64,000 nt of DNA from Piromyces finnis finn. Lineage: Eukaryota; Fungi; Neocallimastigomycota. Below are positions 57,401-64,000 of this stretch, one piece after another. The notes beneath the pieces are model-generated. The model worked only from the letters and a program-made list of their open reading frames with translations, had not been told where the DNA came from and made no database searches. The position numbers were made by a program, and so were the translations under genes. Within the stretch, counting starts at the first letter, position 1. Each line of letters starts with the position of its first letter. Location: assembly GCA_002104945.1 (NCBI GenBank), contig MCFH01000037.1, positions 186,001 through 250,000 on the forward strand, read 5' to 3'.

Positions 57401-60400
57401 GTTTGTTAATCCATTTTTTTTCACGATTAATATAATTTCCAATTAAAATAATTTTATCTAAGTCAGCAAAAAATGGAATAAAAATATTTAATTCCATGAA
57501 TTCATTAGCATCATCCATAATTACAACATCATATTTTTTATTATTATTATGAAGAATATCATATATTGGAAGACTACTATTTGTATTAGGACTAATAGCT
57601 ATATTATGATTTAAAATAACATTATTTGTAGCCGTTTCTTTCCAATAAGCAATGATTTCTTTATATTTATTAGAGAAACGATTTAAATTTTTAAACATCA
57701 AATTTCGTTCGTGAATAGTATCATACAATTCACCAATATATTTATAATATTCTGCTTCTTCCTTTGCTGATAAAGATATACCTTTTTCTCTACAAAATTT
57801 AATGCGTTTTAAAACATTATTTAGTTTATTTTTCTTTTTTGAAATATCATTTTTATAATTGATTAATGCTTCAAATGTTTGTTTTTCGTACGGTCCCAAT
57901 TTTTTAAATAATTTATTTTCATTGTATGCCTTTTCAATCATATCAATAACTTCATTTACAACTAATGTTTCAAAAGAATATTCAATTGATCTTGGATTTA
58001 TTTGCTCATCTGGATTACCAGAACTAAGACGAATTATATTAAAATTACTGTACATATTTTTTTGAAATATACAAATTAAATTATCACAACTACGTGAATT
58101 CGGGGTACATATTAAAATTTTAAAATTAGGCATTTTATCTTTATTTTTGAGAAATAATGCTTTAACAATGGATATAACTGTTTCAGATTTCCCTGTACCA
58201 GATGCACCATGAATTATTGTTAAAGACTTTTCATACAAAATGGAATTTTTAATTGCATCAACTTGATTTTCATTCATAATCCATCCTTTATCACCTTTTT
58301 TTAAATATTCAATAATTTTATCAGCATCTTCTCCATTCTTTTTGTATACTTCTTTGAATTTTTCTTTTTCAATATTATTAATTTCATTATTAATATTATA
58401 TAATGATGAAGGCTTTAAAATTGCTTTATTAAATGGCAAATTATCAAAATTTTTTAGAATTTCATATTCTTTTACAAATGAATCAATTGAAAATATCTTT
58501 TGACTTTTCCATCTTGAATTGTTTGAAAAGTAGGAATAAAGGAAGTTATTATCTTTTCTTAAATATGCTATGCAATTAATATTTGTTTCATTAAATTTCT
58601 TTTTTCTGATTTCTTTAATAACAACAAAACATGAAAGATCATAAATATATGATATTTTTTTTTTATTTTTTGCCTCTATTAATGATATCCATAATACATC
58701 ATTCTCTTTCCAATTTTGGTTTTCAATTAAATTTAAGTAAGATGAAATAAATTGAATACCTAAAAAAATTATATTATATCATAAAAAATTATTAATAAAA
58801 AAAATAATTATAATAATAATTATTATATATAATAAACTGCTTACTTTCAAAAGTTTTATATGATTTAACACTTCGGATTGTCAAATTAATATTTTGATTA
58901 TTTGGCATTATTTCTCTTGCATTTAGATATTCGATATGACAACGATTTAATATTAAATTTTTACTGTATTTTATATAATCATCTTTAGAATTAAATTCTA
59001 CTACAGGCTTTTCGATAGGAGTATATTCAATTTTATCATATTTATGATTATCTCCGTATCTCCATATTAATAATTGAAGTAAAAGAAATTCCATTTCATA
59101 TAAAATATTAGGTTTTATTATTTTTATTTCTTTCTTGGATTCATCCTCTTCATTTTTTATTAATTTTTTATTTTTTTCGAAAAGTTTTAGTTTATCTTTA
59201 TCCTTAGAACTTTGAATTTTATATAAATTAAGGAATTCAGAATAATTAACTTTTGATTTTAATTTTTCATGTTCAGAAAGAGAGGGAATAATTGTATTGC
59301 TTATTGTAACATTTTCAAGTGTATATAATAATAATATCTTTATAATAATATTTAAAGAATAGGATTCATTATCATTTTCTTTTATTGCAAATCTAAGGAG
59401 AATAAATAATTATAATATTATAAATATATTTTAAAATTCTGAATATTATTATAAACTTTTAAATAGTAATTATTAATTATTAAATATATAATAATAAAAA
59501 ATAAAAAATAATAAAGATAATTACTTGAATAATGGTATAATATAGCGATCTAATTCAGGAGCAATTTGATGAAAATAACTTTTTTTACCTTTACTATCTA
59601 TAGAGTTAATAATTATCGAAAAAGCGTCTAACATTTGATTATGGCAATTCAGTAAATGATCATTATCAATTTTATTATACCACTGATTAATCCTTCTTAA
59701 TCCAATATAAATAAAATTGAAAATACATATTAATAAATCCTTTGATTTAATATATTCAGATATTTTATTTTCTGTTTCAATAACACTAACAATATTATTA
59801 ATAAAGTTTGTAATAGAAGAAACTGTATAAAAAAGACATTGTTCATCATTTGTAACATTAACAGATAAACTGTAATATATAAAATTTTTTATATTTGTTA
59901 AACATTGATTTGGGAAAGTATCAAAAAGAGTACTTAATGCGTCATTTCTATTTTTTTTATTTGTAATAAGTTCCAATAATTTATAAGACATTTCTGATAA
60001 ATACATATGTGGTGAGAGTATTTGCTTTATTAAAAATTGTATACCTTCTTCATTAAAAAATATTTTTTTTAAAATTGATTTCCCAAAAAAATGTTTTATA
60101 AAATTCATGTATAGTTTTATAATAAAATTTGTTTGTGATTCTTCTTCCGAAATATGGTTTTCAGAATAAATTAAAAAAAGGTTTGATACTATTTCAACAA
60201 TTTCTTTAAATATGATAGGAAAATTTAAAATTAAATCAAATCTCTTAAAAAAACTATTCCATGTCGATGTATGGATTTTGTTCTCCGGATTTATTATATT
60301 TACAATAGAATTTGGTGTCTGTGATAATGGATCTATATCCATTTCATCTTTATTCCCTTCTTTCATAGGTTCTAAATTACCATCATCTTCTATTTCATTT

Positions 60401-61890
60401 ATTTTGGAAGTAGATTTTGGTTTATTATTTATGGTATATTGATGAACTAAAATTATTGTTTTAATATCTTCAATAAACAATTCCCTTATTAATTTATTAT
60501 AAAATATTAATAAACTTTCAGAAGAATATAAATTTTCTAGAATAATAGAAGTAAATTCATTTTTCTCTTCTAATATGTTTAATTGTTTTAAATATTCTAA
60601 CATACACATATCTATACATATTTTTGTATTATTTTTCCAGTCTCTGTAATAAAAGAACAATTTTTTCCATAATGTAAATATTTCATTTGCTGATAATATG
60701 CCTTTTGAAGATTGTATATAACATTCTATCCATTTATATAAAAAATTATCTTGACTTAATAAAGTAAAGTTTTTTTCTTTCATTAAATTTTGGTACTTTT
60801 CATAACTTATAAGCTTTTCATAATATATTGTAATCATTGATGGTGTAAACCCTTGGAAATTCCAAATGATGTTTTCCATTAATTTCGATAAAATATATAT
60901 TGCATTTAATGAAAAGATAGGATTATTGTCTGGTCTTCCAAATGTTTCAGTACAAACATAATTAAAAAAATATGGAATATCTTGAAATAAGGCTTCAACA
61001 AAAGCTTTATCCATTAAAGGTATTATATTAATTATATTTTTATATAAAACTTTTGGATCTTCTACAAAACAAAAATAAGGGTTACAGCCATAATTCTTTA
61101 AAGATTTAAATAATTTTTTGTTTTTCGAATTTATTACTTCTGGATTATTATCCATAAAATTTTTAAATTCGAAAAGGTTTAAAATATATAGTCTTAATTT
61201 TTTATAATCTTTTTCATCCAAATTTCTAAAAGTAATGCCAATAAAACTATTAATCCATTCTCGAAGTTCAGTGTTTTGATGAAATATACTTATAAAAACC
61301 CCAGGATAAAATTTTGTTATAAGTTCTAATTTATTTTTTGATTTTAAGAAATGAAAAAGTTTTATAAAATGATTATTAATACTATATGTTTTTAAAAATT
61401 CGGGATAACAAAGAATTTCATAAAGCATATTGTTACCACAACATTGATATGCATTAATTTCTGAATCTGATAATGAAGAATAATTAGTTAAAGTTCTTAT
61501 AACTGTTTTAATACATCTTTCTATTCTTTTGATATTTTCTCTACGAAGTAATTCTTCAAAATATTCAGCAGTTCCGGGATCATAATATGATTTTATATTT
61601 TCTAAAAAATTTTTTGATATATGATGAAATGTATCTATACAGGAAATACAATTGAACATTTGTCTTTCAAATGATGTTTTAAGTTTTTCAGCAGATTTAG
61701 AATGTTCTATTGTGAAACAAACGATTAACTCCTGCGCAACATCAGGATAACCACAAATAAAACAATCATTTGTTTTCTTTGCAAGTTCAACTGCTTCATG
61801 GAAAAATAACTTTTTAATTTTTTCATTACTTCTATCATTTTTGTACTCATTTAAAATTTCAAGAATACTTGTGTCTTTCTTGATAAACAT
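54432..61890 (-). CDS. SEN1: SEN1/senataxin-like Upf1-family (SF1B) helicase homolog with degenerate catalytic motifs and an RD/RS-rich tail, 3 exons, about 2400 aa
   Basis: Exon 1 (about 59524-61890) is SEN1_N-like (CISCIDTFH, LYEILCYP). Exon 2 (about 58858-59392) has LLQLLIWRY...FNSKDDYIKYSKNLIL, matching Sen1 LYKIILQWDY...FNSPADYQKVMKPLL. Exon 3 (54432-58759) has NENQVDAI, IHGASGTGKS, KILICTPN, LVKQYRSNKEI, IAILSPYIGQV. The splice junctions keep the frame. Confidence 0.82.
54907..55170 (-). repeat. Coding hexanucleotide repeat (AGAGAT)n encoding about 40 Arg-Asp dipeptides
   Basis: (TCTCTA)n on the + strand, with TCTCTG/TTTCTG variants at the edges, in frame within ORF 54432..58439. Confidence 0.95.
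55569..55970 (-). repeat. Tandem duplication, 2 x 201 bp (67 aa), in the SEN1-like tail
   Basis: RYHITEFLSNEKLSQASSSNPTPGQFSIHDFELSPKSPFEIIDNNNVSNEIINNNND and RYTITEFLSDEKLSQASSSNPIPGQFSIHDFEFSPKSSFEIIDNNNVSNEIINNNND. The anchor atatct occurs at 55764 and 55965. Confidence 0.93.
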
Positions 61891-62380
61891 TGTGAATTAT
61901 TTGATAATATTTTATAATATAAAAAAGATTAAATTTTCTTATTTATAAAAATTTTTAATTCCTTTTTTTTTTTTTGATTATTAGCAAATTTTATTGATGA
62001 AAATGCATTTATTAAAAGCGAACTTTTATTGTATATTGGGTATGTATTTAATATTTAATTTAAAGAATTTTTCTAGTAAATGATTAATTTATAATTAAAG
62101 TCTAATATTTTGTTGCTGTTGTTGTTATTGTTGTTGTTGATATACAAGTTTTACAAATTTACAGATATATATATATTTATAATTAATTTTAAAATTTATG
62201 TTAAAAACCTGTTTTTCATAAATAAATGAATAAAAAAATTAATAAATAAATAAATAAATAAATTAAATAACATAGAATTATATATTATAAGATTAAAATA
62301 CTATTATTTTACCAAACTCAAACGAACATTAATATTTTAATCTTGTAACTAATATTTAAATATTATATATTGCATGCTTA

Positions 62381-62438
62381 AGCTTACACAATAACATATA
62401 TATATATAATATATTATATATATGCCATTGTGTAAGCT
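62381..62438. repeat. Inverted repeat / hairpin: perfect 12-bp arms around a largely self-complementary AT spacer
   Basis: agcttacacaat (62381-62392) is the exact reverse complement of attgtgtaagct (62427-62438). The spacer catatatatatataatatattatatatatg can also pair. Confidence 0.8.
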
Positions 62439-63177
62439 ATAAATTAAAACATTTATTTATATATATATATTTATTTATAAAGTTTAATATTAATATAAAT
62501 AATTATACAGAAATGCTAGAGTTATTTTATTTTTCCAAAATATTTGATTAGAACTCAAACAGGTACTCTATGAAATAAGATTTTAGAAATAATATTATAT
62601 GAGATATTTTCAAAATCTTCCTTTTTTAATAATATTGGAAGATGATAAAGATAATACTAGAATTAATTTTTATTAATACATTTTTCAATTTTATTTCAAA
62701 AATCAATGAAAGTATGAATTTAGGTTTTCTTCATTTATTTTATTTATTAAAATTTCAATAATTCACTCATTCATTTAAAGAATAATGGTTATTTGAGAAA
62801 TCAAGAAACATTATGTAGCTTTAAATATTTAAGTTGAATTATTAACTTTATTTGATTTCTATAAGGTTGTTTATTCTATGTAGTTTATTGAGTGATAATT
62901 GGTGAAAATACAGCTAATAATATCAAGAAAAACCAATATATATTTAAAATAAGATTTACAAGTAAAAAGAATTTATTAAATATACCAATATCTAGTAAAT
63001 AATAGCAAGTCATCATTAATTTAATTTTTTATTTTATTATTAATATGTTATTATAACTAATTCATTTTCAAAATAAATTTTTAAATAAATATAAAAAAAT
63101 TATATTAAATTAATTTATTTAATCATTATATTTAATATTTAAAAAATTTTATTTTAAAAATTTTTATAAAGACAGAA

Positions 63178-64000
63178 ATGTCAGATTATGAAAGTAATGA
63201 TTATGATGAAGATTTTAATTGGATTGGTCCGGGAAAAGAGGAAATAGCGCCTCAATTATCAAGCCGAAAAACAAAAACATCACAAAGAACGGTTCAAATG
63301 GTATTAAAATATGAAAAAATAAAAATTAATAATAAAATTTACAGTATTGGAAATGTCATTACTTATGGTCAAATGTCAAATCAAAATGTTGGAAAAATTA
63401 AAGCCATGTGGGTCGATGAAAATCAAGTAAGGAAAGATATCATAGAAATAATAAAATATACCCGAAAGAAAATAAGAAGAAGAAAAGGTGTTTCTGATCC
63501 TTCATTTAAAGTAAATGAATTTTATTAATATTAATATATATGAAGTTTTCTGAAAATAATTTGAAATATATGAGAATTTAAAATAGAAATTATTTTTTCA
63601 TTTTAAATTCTCGTATTGGATTGATGATAATGAATTGTCAATTTAAATTTATATATAAATATTATTTACTAAAGTATAATTTGTAAATCATTTATTCAAT
63701 AAAAAAAAAATAGGAATTGCTTATTATGGATGATACAATTATAATTTCACCATATGATGTAATAAATCAATGTACCTTATATACAAAAGAAGAATTTGAT
63801 AAATTAACTTTGGATGAACAACTTGCCAATAATATTTATTTTTATGATAATAAAGAATTAGATGCTATTTCCTCAAAAAGGAAACGAAAAACAAAAAAGT
63901 TATTAAATTCTGTTAAAACAAAAATTGTGGTAATTTAATTATATAAATTTTATAAATAGTGTATATCTTAATATAAATATATTTTATTAAAAATTCATAT
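63178..64000 (+). CDS. BAH-domain protein, probably the ORC1 N-terminus; truncated by the window end
   Basis: FNWIG resembles human ORC1 YSWVG. It is followed by YEKIKINNKIYSIGNVI...VGKIKAMWVD...|ELLIMDDTIIISPYDVINQCTLYTKEEF, a BAH pattern. Exons are 63178-63510 and 63714-63929, followed by a GT donor. The AAA+ domain is not in the window, so ORC1 is not proven. Confidence 0.55.

Overview
Extremely AT-rich, intron-dense eukaryotic genomic DNA read with the standard genetic code (GT-AG introns, TAA/TAG stops). The gene set (SIRT1-class sirtuin, fungal-type SEN1 N-terminus, RasGAP-like domain, axonemal dynein, poly-Asn tracts) best fits a flagellated anaerobic gut fungus (Neocallimastigomycota); this is an inference. 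By manually splicing exons I reconstruct 12 protein-coding genes. In order: a giant Asn-rich protein ending in a degenerate RasGAP-like domain (-), La/SSB (-), Sir2/SIRT1 sirtuin (-), EEF1AKMT4-like methyltransferase (-), RDH-type SDR (+), F-box/LRR (+), inner-arm dynein heavy chain DNAH10 (+, 18 exons), DUF4515 (BBOF1/CCDC166-like) coiled-coil (+), MND1 (-, 10 small exons, absent from the ORF track), kinesin-6 (-), an intronless orphan (-), and a SEN1-like protein (-). A 13th gene, an ORC1-like BAH protein (+), runs off the window end. I found no rRNA, tRNA, CRISPR or intact mobile element. The most notable observations are: (1) the SEN1-like gene has an intact frame but has lost several helicase catalytic motifs and carries a ~40x Arg-Asp dipeptide tail; (2) the RasGAP-like domain lacks both catalytic arginines; (3) a meiosis gene, MND1, is hidden here in a lineage with no observed sexual cycle; (4) many introns end in A-rich tracts and AAG acceptors rather than a pyrimidine tract plus YAG. 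All family assignments come from remembered motifs; no database search was run.
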